From NCBI GenBank assembly GCA_012295275.1, contig CM022672.1:7440001-7504000 (forward strand): a stretch of DNA of 64,000 bases. The letters are read 5' to 3'. The DNA comes from Chrysomallon squamiferum (Eukaryota; Animalia; Mollusca). The translations under genes were made by a program, and so were the position numbers. The notes beneath the pieces are model-generated. The model saw only the letters and a program-made list of their open reading frames with translations. It did not search any database and was not told the origin of the DNA. Shown here in pieces: positions 63,766 through 64,000 of this stretch. Positions within the stretch are counted from its first letter, which is position 1; the number at the start of each line of letters is the position of its first letter.

Positions 63766-64000
63766 GTAAGTTTAAAATATTTCTTAAAAGTTTCTATGTA
63801 ATGTATGGAATATATTTAATTATAAAATATTTATACTTGATATAGAGGAAAGTATAACAAAATATGAAATCTGGGATATAAATAATTATTAATGTCACTT
63901 TTTTTTTTAATAATTTAAATATAAATTACTATGAAATGTTTAATAATATTACAAAATTAATATTTCAGTCCTTGATCCTATTAAAAAACAAAAAATAAAC

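Overview
AT-rich, microsatellite-laden, intron-containing animal DNA, not prokaryotic. The pattern suggests an invertebrate, possibly a mollusc, but the taxon is inferred. I assembled three spliced genes by hand from GT-AG sites and reading-frame phases. (1) A ~20-kb, 24-coding-exon plus-strand KNDC1/very-KIND-like gene (32922-52774; two KIND domains, long low-complexity linkers, coiled coil, RasGEF-N and CDC25 domains, ~2,190 aa) with one unresolved 1-nt phase break and a candidate 24-nt microexon. (2) A complete 4-exon minus-strand prefoldin subunit 6 gene (58469-56461, 126 aa). (3) The first 6 exons of a plus-strand DDX31/Dbp7-like DEAD-box helicase (from 60694, running off the window), head-to-head with PFDN6. 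The first ~32 kb has no convincing coding exon. It holds microsatellites, a 41-bp minisatellite, SINE-like fragments and a truncated Tigger/pogo transposon. A hAT-type MITE with an 8-bp TSD lies in a DDX31 intron. CpG is visibly retained in 1-33 kb and 57.8-61.4 kb and visibly depleted across the gene bodies, consistent with mosaic gene-body methylation. Most ORFs in the supplied track are microsatellite artefacts. I found no clearly novel biological system; the best leads are splicing features of KNDC1, an apparently unnamed conserved KNDC1 domain, and a structured GC-rich element in PFDN6 intron 1.
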